DNA of 52,753 bases from an uncultured bacterium (GTDB lineage Bacteria; Planctomycetota; Brocadiia; Brocadiales; Scalinduaceae). The stretch covers positions 1-52,753 of the forward strand of contig CAJXKT010000001.1 of assembly GCA_913055705.1 (NCBI GenBank). The letters run 5' to 3'. The position numbers and the translations under genes were made by a program. Every line of letters begins with the position of its first letter. Position 1 is the stretch's first letter. The notes beneath the pieces were generated by a model. It was not told the origin of the DNA. It saw nothing but the letters and a program-made list of their open reading frames with translations, and did not search any database. This document shows positions 18,082 through 27,570 of the stretch, piece after piece.

Positions 18082-19422
18082 ATGGAAGAAAAAGAAATTA
18101 GCGAAAAAAGATTACCCATAAGCGAACATCTTGAAGAGCTGCGATCAAGGATTATAAACTCAATCATCGTAGTTGTTGTACTATTCTTTATCAGTTGGTT
18201 CTATAAGTTAAGAATTCTTGATATTATAAAAAAGCCTCATAGTATTACCATGGAAAGCCTGGGGTTGTCACAATCGCTTCAGGTGCTGAGTTATCAAGAA
18301 GGTTTTTATGCTTATATAAAGCTGTGCTTAATGACAGCAGTTTTCCTGGCATATCCTGTAATCTTATATCAAATCTGGAAATTTGTAGAAGCCGGTTTAT
18401 ATAAGAAAGAGCGCAGATACGTAAGAATCTTTGCCCCTATCTCATTCATCGCATTCATATTAGGTGTATTATTCGGGTATTTCTTCTTAATACCCTTTGG
18501 CCTTCAATTCCTGATAAAGGTACTGGGAGGGGGAATACAGCCTATTATTACAATGAGCCAGTATATCTCGCTTGTAACTATGCTGACACTCGCACTCGGC
18601 GTTGTTTTCCAGCTTCCCCTTATAATGTTGTTTGTTTCCAGGATTGGAATGCTTAAGGCAGAAGATTTTATTAAATGGCGAATGTATGCTATCCTTATCA
18701 TATTTATTCTTGCCGCAGTAATAACGCCACCGGACCCGTTTACACAGGTCATGACGGCTTTACCTATGATAATTCTTTATGAAATAGGCATTCTCACAAT
18801 AAGACCCACAAAGAAAGCAGTTACACAATTCAGTATCTTATTAGGTTCCGGTATATTACTGATATATATAGTTCTTTTGATATTCACACTTCCAACAAAA
18901 GCGGATTTCTTAAATTCAACCGGTGTTGTTAAGATGCTCCCGGACTCAGTCACAAATTGGCAACCTTTATCATCCGAATCTAAAATTCACAATGGCACCT
19001 CACTAAGAACAGGAAAAGGTAGTAAAGCCTCCTTCCTCCTGAAAGATGGTACCTATGTCATAATGGATGTTAATACTGAAATCAAGTTTGTTAAAAACAG
19101 AAAACTCGACCTGCTAAATGGACAAATACTCCTCTCTATAAAGGCAGATGAAAAACCATTTATGATAGCCGCCAACAATAACGTCATAACTTCAAATGAC
19201 GGCAACGTTGATATAAGGATATCAAAACACATGGTCTTTGTTACGGTAACAGAGGGAGAAGCAATAGTTGTTGCAAATGGAGAAAAGAAGAAAGTGTTTG
19301 AAGGAAGGCAATTGAAACTTGTAACCGGAGGCGAACCGGCAAATATAGACAAAGTTCTGAAATGGGCTAAAGAAATGCGCAAAAAATTAGAAGAACAGAA
19401 CAAACGGAATTTAGGCCTGTAG
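18082..19422 (+). CDS. tatC: Twin-arginine translocase TatC (aa 1-~241) fused to an extra TM helix and a FecR-like C-terminal domain
   Basis: HLEELRSR, YQIWKF..GLY..E, FQLP, ITPPDPFTQ, LYEIG; then TM aa 250-270 and LRTG.GS.A...L.DGT....D.NT.I, L.LL.GQI, PF.I, VTVTEG. Confidence 0.9.
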   Translation: MEEKEISEKRLPISEHLEELRSRIINSIIVVVVLFFISWFYKLRILDIIKKPHSITMESLGLSQSLQVLSYQEGFYAYIKLCLMTAVFLAYPVILYQIWKFVEAGLYKKERRYVRIFAPISFIAFILGVLFGYFFLIPFGLQFLIKVLGGGIQPIITMSQYISLVTMLTLALGVVFQLPLIMLFVSRIGMLKAEDFIKWRMYAILIIFILAAVITPPDPFTQVMTALPMIILYEIGILTIRPTKKAVTQFSILLGSGILLIYIVLLIFTLPTKADFLNSTGVVKMLPDSVTNWQPLSSESKIHNGTSLRTGKGSKASFLLKDGTYVIMDVNTEIKFVKNRKLDLLNGQILLSIKADEKPFMIAANNNVITSNDGNVDIRISKHMVFVTVTEGEAIVVANGEKKKVFEGRQLKLVTGGEPANIDKVLKWAKEMRKKLEEQNKRNLGL

Positions 19423-19667
19423 AAAACCAGAAACCTGATCTATAAATTTCTAATTGGAACTAAACCAGCTATTGACAATATTAGACTGAGGGAGGCCTCC
19501 CAAACTGAATTTTGTTCATCATGGAAGACATAAATGAATTATGACGATTGCTGTAGGGAATGAAAGGAATACAAAAAAATATAAACGCAAGAAAAGATTC
19601 CTTACGAAATGGATTAATGGAAGGTTGCCAGAGATGACTTCTTACGACTAATCAAGAATTGATTATA

Positions 19668-20117
19668 TTATTGTCTGCCCTGATCCTCGTACTTCATAAC
19701 TAATTCTTCCTGTTCGATGGTCTCTATTGAACCGGGCCTCTTCATTCTGACTTTTTCTATTGCCTTTGCAGCATTGTATCCTTTGCTGACAAGGTAACAT
19801 GCCAGCACGGTTCCAGTCCTTCCTATACCCGCATCACAGTGAACCACCAGCTTTTTACCCTCAGCACATGCTTCCTCTGCAAATGCCATAAAGTCTTCAA
19901 TCTGCTCCAACGTCGGAGCTTCAAAGTCTCTAACCGGAAGATGCTTTACACTAAAACCAAATTCCTCTATCAATGTTTCATTAAGGGGAAATTCAGTAAG
20001 TGATACTATTGCTTCAAAACCATTTTCTTTGAGGAATTCAAAATCATACACAGAAGACGCTGGTTTAGCCATGCCAGCAATTTCGCCTTCTATTAACCAG
20101 CTAAAGTTTCTAATCAC
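19668..20117 (-). CDS. Dual-specificity protein phosphatase (CX5R)
   Basis: NFSWL, HLPVRDFEAPT, VHCDAGIGRTGT, RPGSIET. Confidence 0.92.
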   Translation of the reverse strand: MIRNFSWLIEGEIAGMAKPASSVYDFEFLKENGFEAIVSLTEFPLNETLIEEFGFSVKHLPVRDFEAPTLEQIEDFMAFAEEACAEGKKLVVHCDAGIGRTGTVLACYLVSKGYNAAKAIEKVRMKRPGSIETIEQEELVMKYEDQGRQ

Positions 20118-20145
20118 TTTTATAGTACTACATTTGATTTAAAAT

Positions 20146-20709
20146 CTATTTTTTTTCTTCTGACACTGTCACCTTGGGAGCGATCTCCTTTTCCTCTTCA
20201 ACTTCCTCTATCAATTCAAAGATAACCCGGCTGGCATTATCTCCCAGGCGATTTCCAATCAGGCGAAGTTTTCGCTCAAAACCTTCCATCTTATATTCTA
20301 ATTCAGGTATATCCCCTACACTGCTTCCGGACAATACTCCCATCCTACTTCCTGAAAGCCTGAGTATTCTGGTATAGCCGCCATTACGGTCAGCATACCT
20401 TTCAGCAATACCTCCAGACTCGCGCCACTTTCCCTCACCAAATATCTTTCTAACTACCTCTTTATCATTAAGCTTTGACAACACCTGTCTATACTGATGA
20501 ATATAAGCAAGCTTATCTGTTTCTTTCTTTGTAATACCTTTTTTTGCTGTTGTAATCAACTTTTCAACAAATGGGCGAACATATTTCGCTTTCTCCATAG
20601 TCGTTATAATCCTGCCATAAGTAAAAAGACTTTTGGCCAAATTACATCGCAATGCTTTTCTATGACTGGACGTCCTGCCAAGATGTTTGTCATTTTTCCT
20701 ATGCCTCAT
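20146..20709 (-). CDS. rplQ: 50S ribosomal protein L17 (extended, 187 aa)
   Basis: MRHRK...LGRTSSHRKAL, VEKLIT, GGYTRI, RLGDNA; follows rpoA. Confidence 0.95.
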   Translation of the reverse strand: MRHRKNDKHLGRTSSHRKALRCNLAKSLFTYGRIITTMEKAKYVRPFVEKLITTAKKGITKKETDKLAYIHQYRQVLSKLNDKEVVRKIFGEGKWRESGGIAERYADRNGGYTRILRLSGSRMGVLSGSSVGDIPELEYKMEGFERKLRLIGNRLGDNASRVIFELIEEVEEEKEIAPKVTVSEEKK

Positions 20710-21730
20710 AGGAAACTTCCTTTCCTTCTCGACTTACATCTTCATTAACCTTGAATGACAAACCCAACTGGTTAAGTTTTTTCTTAATCTCAACTAACGT
20801 TGTCTTGCCAAAATTCTTCAACTCTAACAATTCATCTTCTTCTTTTGTAACAAGCTCACCAAGTGTTTTTATTTTTGCATACTCAAGACAGTTGGATGCC
20901 CTGACTGACAAATCCAGTTCGGTAACCGGTACGGCCATTTTCTTGTTTACTTCGTCAGCAGAAGCCTCTTCTTCTTCCACTTCTTCAATCTGTTTCTCAC
21001 CGGCCTGAGGAAGCTCTCTGCCCAACTCAAAGTAGTGTACAAACGGATTTAAATGCTTCCTGAAAACCTTTGATGCCTCTGCCAACGCCATCTCAGGAGA
21101 GACTACACCATTTGTCCATATTTCAATAATTAACTTGTCGTAATTAGTTCTTCTCCCCACCCTGGTTTCCTCAACACGTATCTTTGCCTTACGAACCGGA
21201 GAAAAAATTGCATCTATGGGAATAACACCTACTTCATTGCTACCATCTACTGCGTTTTCCTCAGCAGTTTTATAACCTCTCCCATTTTTAACATCCATCT
21301 CAACATTAAATTTTTTATTTTCAGAAAGAGTTGCTATATAAAGATCTTCATTAACAACATCCACACCGTCGTCCGTAATAACATCCCCAGCCGTGATTTC
21401 TCCTTTTTTCTTCGTTTCAATTTTTATTTTTCCTGGCTTGCCTGAATGCAGCTTTACAACAAGATTCTTAATATTTAGAATAATATCAATTGCATCTTCT
21501 ACTACACCTGGAATTGTACTGAACTCGTGCTCAACGCCACCAATCTTAACCGAAGTAACTGCACTCCCTTCTATTGAAGATAGCAAAACTCTTCTCAGTC
21601 CATTTCCAACCGTAATCCCAAAGCCTCGTTCAAAAGGCTCAGCAATGAATTTCCCATAAGTGTCAGTATGTGTTTCTTTTTCTATACTAACTCTATTAGG
21701 TAATTCAAACTCCTTCCATCTGATACGCAT
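20699..21730 (-). CDS. rpoA: RNA polymerase alpha subunit
   Basis: EPFERGFGITVGNGLRRVLLSS, DAIFSPV, LSVRASNCL, NFGKTTL; ATG 21730 preceded by AGGAGG. Confidence 0.98.
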   Translation of the reverse strand: MRIRWKEFELPNRVSIEKETHTDTYGKFIAEPFERGFGITVGNGLRRVLLSSIEGSAVTSVKIGGVEHEFSTIPGVVEDAIDIILNIKNLVVKLHSGKPGKIKIETKKKGEITAGDVITDDGVDVVNEDLYIATLSENKKFNVEMDVKNGRGYKTAEENAVDGSNEVGVIPIDAIFSPVRKAKIRVEETRVGRRTNYDKLIIEIWTNGVVSPEMALAEASKVFRKHLNPFVHYFELGRELPQAGEKQIEEVEEEEASADEVNKKMAVPVTELDLSVRASNCLEYAKIKTLGELVTKEEDELLELKNFGKTTLVEIKKKLNQLGLSFKVNEDVSREGKEVSYEA

Positions 21731-21765
21731 ATACAATCCTCCTTCCTACCGTTAAATATCTCTTT

Positions 21766-21791
21766 AAAGAGTCTTACATATAAGACTCTTT
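21766..21791. repeat. Perfect 11-bp inverted repeat between rpsD and rpoA
   Basis: aaagagtctta-cata-taagactcttt. Confidence 0.6.
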
Positions 21792-21910
21792 TGTTTTGAT
21801 TAAATCATTATGAACCGAAAAACCCTTCGTTTTAATAAGACATTCAAGGTAGGATTTCATAAATTAATTGTGCACTCTTATACTTTATTAATTTAAAACG
21901 GCTATTGAGT

Positions 21911-22540
21911 TTATTTTGAGCAAAGCTCAACTACTAGCTGTTCCTGTATACTCACCGATACCTCATCTCTATTAGGGAGTTGCAGAACACGACCCTCTAA
22001 TTCATCATCTCCCAGTTCTAACCACGATGGGGGAGTTCTGCCCTTACTTGAATCTATATTTGTTTTTATCATTTTAATACTATCTTCCCTCTCAACAGGC
22101 TTGATTACATCACCTTGTTTAACTAAAAAAGAAGCGATATCAACCTTTCTGCCGTTCACTGTTATATGGCCGTGATTAATTACCTGCCTTGCATGGCTAC
22201 GTGAAAAGCCATATCCGATATGGTATAAAGCATTATCAAGCCTTCTTTCTAACAATATAAGTAAATTCTCTCCCGTATTACCCTGTTTTCGTTCCGCCTT
22301 ATGGTAATAATTTCTAAACTGTCTTTCAAAAACACCATAAAAACGCTTTAACTTCTGTTTTTCCCTAAAATGGATTCCATATGAAGACAATTTCCTGCCT
22401 CTTCTTGACATTTTTCCACCCGGCAAGCTTTTTCTTTTAGCTATACTGCATTTTGCGGTTTCACAGCGGTCTCCCTTTAGATACAACTTTACGCCTTCTC
22501 TTCTGCACAATTTACATTTAGGGTCTATGTGTCTAGCCAT
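21911..22540 (-). CDS. rpsD: 30S ribosomal protein S4 (Cys-containing type)
   Basis: CKLCRREG, EKQKLKR.YG, LERRLDN, S4 domain. Confidence 0.97.
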   Translation of the reverse strand: MARHIDPKCKLCRREGVKLYLKGDRCETAKCSIAKRKSLPGGKMSRRGRKLSSYGIHFREKQKLKRFYGVFERQFRNYYHKAERKQGNTGENLLILLERRLDNALYHIGYGFSRSHARQVINHGHITVNGRKVDIASFLVKQGDVIKPVEREDSIKMIKTNIDSSKGRTPPSWLELGDDELEGRVLQLPNRDEVSVSIQEQLVVELCSK

Positions 22541-22581
22541 ATTATTCCTTATTCACAAATCAAAAGTTATACTACAATTCT

Positions 22582-22620
22582 AAAAAACTCCCTTCTTTCT
22601 CTTTTAGCAAAGAAGTGGAG
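22582..22620 (-). terminator. Terminator-like hairpin between rpsK and rpsD
   Basis: Minus strand ctcc(a)cttcttt...aaagaagggag followed by T6. Confidence 0.5.
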
Positions 22621-22628
22621 AATATCTG

Positions 22629-23003
22629 TTAAACTCTTCTCTTTTTTCTGGGGCGACAACCATTGTGAGGTAATGGTGTAACGTCCTCAATAGCTCTAAC
22701 CAGAAGCCCTGCTTCTTGTAAAGCAGTTATTGCAGATTCTCTTCCCGGGCCTGGCCCCTTTACTCTGACTTCAACCTGCTGAACACCAAACCTTTTTCGC
22801 GCTCTCTCTGCAACATTTCTGGCCGCTCTCTGCGCTGCAAAGGGAGTACTTTTCCTTGATCCTTTAAAACCAACTGTTCCTGCGCTAGCCCAACACAAGG
22901 TTTCACCATATATATCAGCAATAGTTATATATGTATTATTGAAAGTAGCCTTGATGTGCACAACGGCTTTAGCGACACTGCGTTTTGCCTTTTTTTTACC
23001 CAT
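22629..23003 (-). CDS. rpsK: 30S ribosomal protein S11
   Basis: [35 protein letters not shown]. Confidence 0.98.
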   Translation of the reverse strand: MGKKKAKRSVAKAVVHIKATFNNTYITIADIYGETLCWASAGTVGFKGSRKSTPFAAQRAARNVAERARKRFGVQQVEVRVKGPGPGRESAITALQEAGLLVRAIEDVTPLPHNGCRPRKKRRV

Positions 23004-23085
23004 TTATATATATCCTATCATTTTAAAAAAAGAAGCTCGCTTCCCTCTAAAACTAACAAGTACAAGCTAAAGTATCATTTAAGTA

Positions 23086-23889
23086 CTATTGACAGAAAAA
23101 TCCTTGCAAACTTAAGTTCGTATTAAACATATTATTAAGTTGATTGTATCTTTCTAAGTTTCTCTTGTTCTTTCCCTTTTGTTTCCTTGCGGATATTAAA
23201 ATATTCTTCGGAGTTAATTTCGGAGATACTATTTCTAGAAGTTCTACATAGTATCCATTACCGGAAAGAAATTGTGATCTTAACGCATCTGTTAATATGT
23301 CCGCAAATTTATACCGCAGCAAACCAAACTGAGTCACACTTGTTAAAGGGTGATGAGATTTTATTTGAGAACGCAACTGCCCCTGGCAACATGGTACAAC
23401 CATAATATACTTAGCACCCATTTTAATACCTTTGGCAATTGCTTCATCAGTAGCTGTATTACATGCATGCAGTGCAATAACTACATCAATCTTTCTATCA
23501 TAAGAAGAATCAATCGTCCTTCCATGCTTAAAGACCATATTCTCATAACCTAAAACAGATCTGGTCTCCTCACATCTTTGTATAAGTTCTTTATTGGTAT
23601 CTATGCCGAAGAAAAAGGGTGTTGTACTAAGCTCACTCTCAAGAATATAACTTAAAACAAACGAAAGGTAAGATTTACCACATGAACATTCCAGAAAGAC
23701 AATTTCTTTTTCTCTGTCAAACTTCCTGACGACCTTCAATATTTGTTCACAAAAACCGGCAATCTCATTAATTTTCTTGTTCATCTCCTTTTTTAACAGA
23801 CCATTGTTGTGCCTGAATCCAAGGGGATTTGTTATGTTGTCTTCTTGTTCTAAGAGATTTAGTATTTCTGCTTTATTTGTTATTCTCAT
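23086..23889 (-). CDS. Class I SAM-dependent methyltransferase (Methyltransf_32-like)
   Basis: LECSCGKSYL (motif I), GIDTN, ALHACNTATDEAI, VPCCQ, TDALR, TPKN. Confidence 0.8.
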   Translation of the reverse strand: MRITNKAEILNLLEQEDNITNPLGFRHNNGLLKKEMNKKINEIAGFCEQILKVVRKFDREKEIVFLECSCGKSYLSFVLSYILESELSTTPFFFGIDTNKELIQRCEETRSVLGYENMVFKHGRTIDSSYDRKIDVVIALHACNTATDEAIAKGIKMGAKYIMVVPCCQGQLRSQIKSHHPLTSVTQFGLLRYKFADILTDALRSQFLSGNGYYVELLEIVSPKLTPKNILISARKQKGKNKRNLERYNQLNNMFNTNLSLQGFFCQ

Positions 23890-23909
23890 TATTTCTGCTG
23901 TTAAAACTC

Positions 23910-24296
23910 CTATCCTTTCATTTCCTTTACACTCTTCTTCACTGATACTGTTCTCTTCTTTCCCTTTCGCGTACGTGCATTAGTCTTTGTTCTCTGCCCC
24001 CTCACGGGCAATCCCAAACGATGACGCAGGCCTCTATAACATCCTATATTCTTCAGTCTTGTTATGTTCTGTGATTCCTGCCTTCTCAGTTGACCTTCAA
24101 TAGAGAAATTCTTTTCTAAAAAAGCGCCCAGCGTACTCAAATCATCTTCTGAAATATCTTTCGCCCGTATGTTTTCGTCTATTTTAAGAGCCTTTAGGGC
24201 TTTTTGCGATAAGTGCTTGCTGATACCATAAATATATGTTAGTGAAACAACAACCCGTTTGTCTCCAGGAATATCAACTCCAGCAATTCTTGGCAT
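23910..24296 (-). CDS. rpsM: 30S ribosomal protein S13
   Basis: [34 protein letters not shown]. Confidence 0.98.
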   Translation of the reverse strand: MPRIAGVDIPGDKRVVVSLTYIYGISKHLSQKALKALKIDENIRAKDISEDDLSTLGAFLEKNFSIEGQLRRQESQNITRLKNIGCYRGLRHRLGLPVRGQRTKTNARTRKGKKRTVSVKKSVKEMKG

Positions 24297-24361
24297 TTAA
24301 AATAATCCTTTCAAAATGTAAAAAAATAGTCTTTGTATCCAAAGACATCCTACTCAGTATT

Positions 24362-24478
24362 TTATTTCCCCTGTCTCTGTTTATGGCGAGGATTGACACA
24401 AATCACACGAACAATTCCTTTGCGTCTGATTATTTTACAGTTTTCACATAGCCTCTTTACAGATGCTCTAACCTTCAT
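24362..24478 (-). CDS. rpmJ: 50S ribosomal protein L36 (not in ORF track)
   Basis: Manual translation [38 protein letters not shown]. Confidence 0.97.
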   Translation of the reverse strand: MKVRASVKRLCENCKIIRRKGIVRVICVNPRHKQRQGK

Positions 24479-24492
24479 AAACCTTCCTTCTT

Positions 24493-24711
24493 TCAACCCT
24501 GACGATAAATTATTCTTCCCTTACTAAGGTCGTAAGGTGACATTTCAATTGTAACCTTATCACCGGGGAGAATACGAATAAAATGCATTCTCATCTTCCC
24601 TGATACGTGTGCAAGTACTTCATGTCCATTTTCCAGCCCAACACGAAACCTCGCATTAGGTAAAGCTTCTTTTACTACCGCCTCAACTCTTATCGGTTCT
24701 TCTTTGGCCAT
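24493..24711 (-). CDS. infA: Translation initiation factor IF-1
   Basis: [29 protein letters not shown]. Confidence 0.98.
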   Translation of the reverse strand: MAKEEPIRVEAVVKEALPNARFRVGLENGHEVLAHVSGKMRMHFIRILPGDKVTIEMSPYDLSKGRIIYRQG

Positions 24712-24761
24712 AAAATAAACATTAACATTTGCCTATTATTATAAGCGAGATACTCTTTCCG

Positions 24762-25514
24762 TTAAATAGTAAGAATTTCAGCACCGTTTTCTGTTACTAC
24801 AACCGTGTGCTCAAAATGTGCTGAAAGTTTTCTGTCTTTTGTAACCACTGTCCACCTATTTTCAAGAACCTCCGTATCATATTTACCTGCACATATCATT
24901 GGTTCTATCGCTAGCGCCATTCCCTGTAATAGTATTTCATCTGCCTTTAATAATTCCTTGCTGACAAAATTAGGAATCTGAGGGTCTTCGTGCATTTGCC
25001 TGCCAATACCATGTCCCGTATAATCTCGTATTACCGAAAACCCCTGATTTTCTACGTGGTTTTGTATTGATCTTGAGACTTCCGACAATCTTTTATTTGT
25101 GCACGCTGCCTCTATTGCCTTGTCAAGTGCCTCTTCACAGACCTTTAATAAATTCTCTACCTCCTCAGAAATTTCTCCAATTGGGATAGTTATCGCTGCA
25201 TCAGCAACATATTTACGATATTCCACCCCAATGTCAACACTCAATATATCTCCATCACAAAGTTTTCTTTGGTCTGGAATTCCATGCACTATCTCTTCAT
25301 TAATGGATGTGCATATACTTTTAGGATAACCTCTATAACCTTTAAAAACAGGGATTCCACCTTTCTGTAATACATATTTTTCTAATTTTGTATTTAATTC
25401 CTCTGTGGTCACACCTTCCTTTGCAATCTCTTTTGTAATTGAAAGAGCTTCTGCCACTATCCTTCCTGCTTCTCGCATAATTTCAATTTCGCGCTCAGAT
25501 TTACAAACTATCAC
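24762..25514 (-). CDS. map: Methionine aminopeptidase type I
   Basis: CTSINEEIVHGIP, DIG...D, GHGIG..MHE, IEPM, SAHFEHT. Confidence 0.97.
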   Translation of the reverse strand: MIVCKSEREIEIMREAGRIVAEALSITKEIAKEGVTTEELNTKLEKYVLQKGGIPVFKGYRGYPKSICTSINEEIVHGIPDQRKLCDGDILSVDIGVEYRKYVADAAITIPIGEISEEVENLLKVCEEALDKAIEAACTNKRLSEVSRSIQNHVENQGFSVIRDYTGHGIGRQMHEDPQIPNFVSKELLKADEILLQGMALAIEPMICAGKYDTEVLENRWTVVTKDRKLSAHFEHTVVVTENGAEILTI

Positions 25515-25519
25515 CCGCT

Positions 25520-26191
25520 CTACTCCATTCCCCTTTCGCCCTCAGACATCAAATGTAACCCTTCAAGTATATCCTGTTCAATCTCTGCTTTTTCCCCATT
25601 ACAGTTTATTTCTATCAACTCACCTTTTTCCTCATAGTAATCAATCAATTTCTCTGTCTGTTCTCTATATACTTGTAATCTCATTGATGTTGTTTCCGGG
25701 TAGTCATCCTCACGCTGATATAGTTCTGAACCGCATTTATCACACACATTATTATTTACCGGAGGACTAAACATCTCATGATAGTCTGCTCCGCATGATT
25801 TGCAAATTCGCCGACCCGCAATTCGTTTAATTATTATTTCCTCAGATGCTGTAAAACAGAAAACCTTGTCTATCTTTTTCCCAGCTTTATTTAATGTGTT
25901 ATCAAGGATTTCTGCTTGAGAAAGATTCCTTGGAAACCCATCTAAAATATAACCATTCTTACACTCTGCCGAATTAATCTTTCCTACAACTATTTTAACT
26001 ACTAATTCATCTGGAACCAACAAACCATTATCAATATACTCTTTTGCCTTTAAACCTGTATCTGTTTTAGCCTCTACCGCCGCTCGCAAAAGATAACCAG
26101 ACGAAATGTGATTTATTTCTTTCCTTAAGCTGATACTTGCAGCCTGAGTACCTTTACCTACACCAGGAGGACCCAGAAAAATAAGCCTCAA
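25520..26191 (-). CDS. adk: Adenylate kinase with Zn-lid
   Basis: GPPGVGKGTQ, LDGFPR, CKSC...CDKC lid. Confidence 0.97.
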   Translation of the reverse strand: MRLIFLGPPGVGKGTQAASISLRKEINHISSGYLLRAAVEAKTDTGLKAKEYIDNGLLVPDELVVKIVVGKINSAECKNGYILDGFPRNLSQAEILDNTLNKAGKKIDKVFCFTASEEIIIKRIAGRRICKSCGADYHEMFSPPVNNNVCDKCGSELYQREDDYPETTSMRLQVYREQTEKLIDYYEEKGELIEINCNGEKAEIEQDILEGLHLMSEGERGME

Positions 26192-27570
26192 CCCCTTCTG
26201 CCCCTTACCTTAGCAGTACCTCCAAGAAAGCCTCCATAGTGTCTCATAATTAAATGTGACTCTATCTTTTGTACCAAATCTAAAGCGACACCAACAACAA
26301 TAAGAAGACCTGTGCCACCATAAAAACTGGCAACTGCCCTGTTAATCTCAAACCCTCCAGCAATTATCATAGGCAGAATTGCAATCAAAGACAAAAATGC
26401 TGCTCCTGCAAGTGTAATCCTGCTCATTACACTTTCAAGATATTCGGCTGTCCGATGTCCTGGCCTGATACCCGGAATAAAGCTGCCATAATCCCGCATG
26501 TTAATTGACATTTCCTTAGGATTAAATTGTATTACTGTCCAAAAATAGCAGAAAAAGACAATTAACACTATATACATAACTACATATATAAAACCACCTT
26601 GAAACATTTCAGTCAATCGAGATGTAATCCAATACCAGAACGTTCCAGGGTCGAATCTGACCTGTAAGCCTCTCGTTATGGCAGCAGGAAAGATTAGTAG
26701 TGATTGTGCAAAGATTATGGGCATAACACCCGCTTGATTCACTTTTAAAGGAAGAAAATGCTTTTGGCCTCCATAAACTCTTCTACCCCTTGTATGCTTT
26801 GCCTGTTGGACGGGGATACGCCTCTGACCCTGTGTTATGTATACAACTCCCGCTACAATCGCAAGAAACATACCTAACAGTAATAGTAATTTTGCTATCC
26901 CTATCTCATGTTCTGCAGGCGCTACCGAAAAAGTAAAGTTTTGTAAAATCTGACTAAACGCCCATGGCAGCCTATCAATAATACCTATCATGATAATCAG
27001 AGATATTCCGCTGCCAATACCATTTGCATCAATCTGCTCGCCTATCCACATCAAGAAAACAGTCCCGGTCGTTAAAAGTACCGCAGCCATAAGCTGAAAT
27101 TGAATACCCTGGATATGAATAGGCACAACAGGCACACCGTTAATATCGATTGCGTACAAAGTACGTATCATGATAAAAGCTTGAAACAAACATAAACCGA
27201 CAGTTGTTATCCTTGTATACTGATTAATCTTTTTCCTGCCAGACTCACCCTCCTTTTGTAACTTCTCAAGAAACGGAACAACACCTACAAGAAGCTGAAA
27301 GATAATGGATGCACTAATATACGGCATAATTCCCAAACCAAAGATCGCACCTGAACTCATGGCGCCACCGGCAAACAAATCCACCAAACCTAACAATTGG
27401 CCAACACCAGTCTGCGTAAACTGTTGAAAGTAAGTCTTTAGTACTGTCGTGTCAATACCAGGCATCGGAATAAAGACACCTAATCTGCATACAGCCAGCA
27501 ATCCCAAAGTTATCAACAACTTATTCCTCAACTCAGGAATCTTAAACATATTGGTGAATTTCTCTATCAT
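26188..27570 (-). CDS. secY: Preprotein translocase SecY
   Basis: LGIMPYISASII, WIGEQI...GIGSG, AGVMPIIFA, IPGIRPG, GGTGLLIVVGV. Confidence 0.98.
   Translation of the reverse strand: MIEKFTNMFKIPELRNKLLITLGLLAVCRLGVFIPMPGIDTTVLKTYFQQFTQTGVGQLLGLVDLFAGGAMSSGAIFGLGIMPYISASIIFQLLVGVVPFLEKLQKEGESGRKKINQYTRITTVGLCLFQAFIMIRTLYAIDINGVPVVPIHIQGIQFQLMAAVLLTTGTVFLMWIGEQIDANGIGSGISLIIMIGIIDRLPWAFSQILQNFTFSVAPAEHEIGIAKLLLLLGMFLAIVAGVVYITQGQRRIPVQQAKHTRGRRVYGGQKHFLPLKVNQAGVMPIIFAQSLLIFPAAITRGLQVRFDPGTFWYWITSRLTEMFQGGFIYVVMYIVLIVFFCYFWTVIQFNPKEMSINMRDYGSFIPGIRPGHRTAEYLESVMSRITLAGAAFLSLIAILPMIIAGGFEINRAVASFYGGTGLLIVVGVALDLVQKIESHLIMRHYGGFLGGTAKVRGRRG

Noticed and set aside
19541-19651. 36-codon basic plus-strand ORF (MTIAVGNERNTKKYKRKKRF...) after tatC
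   Set aside because: No SD, no recognisable motif, A-rich spacer; the upstream TTGACA has no matching -10.
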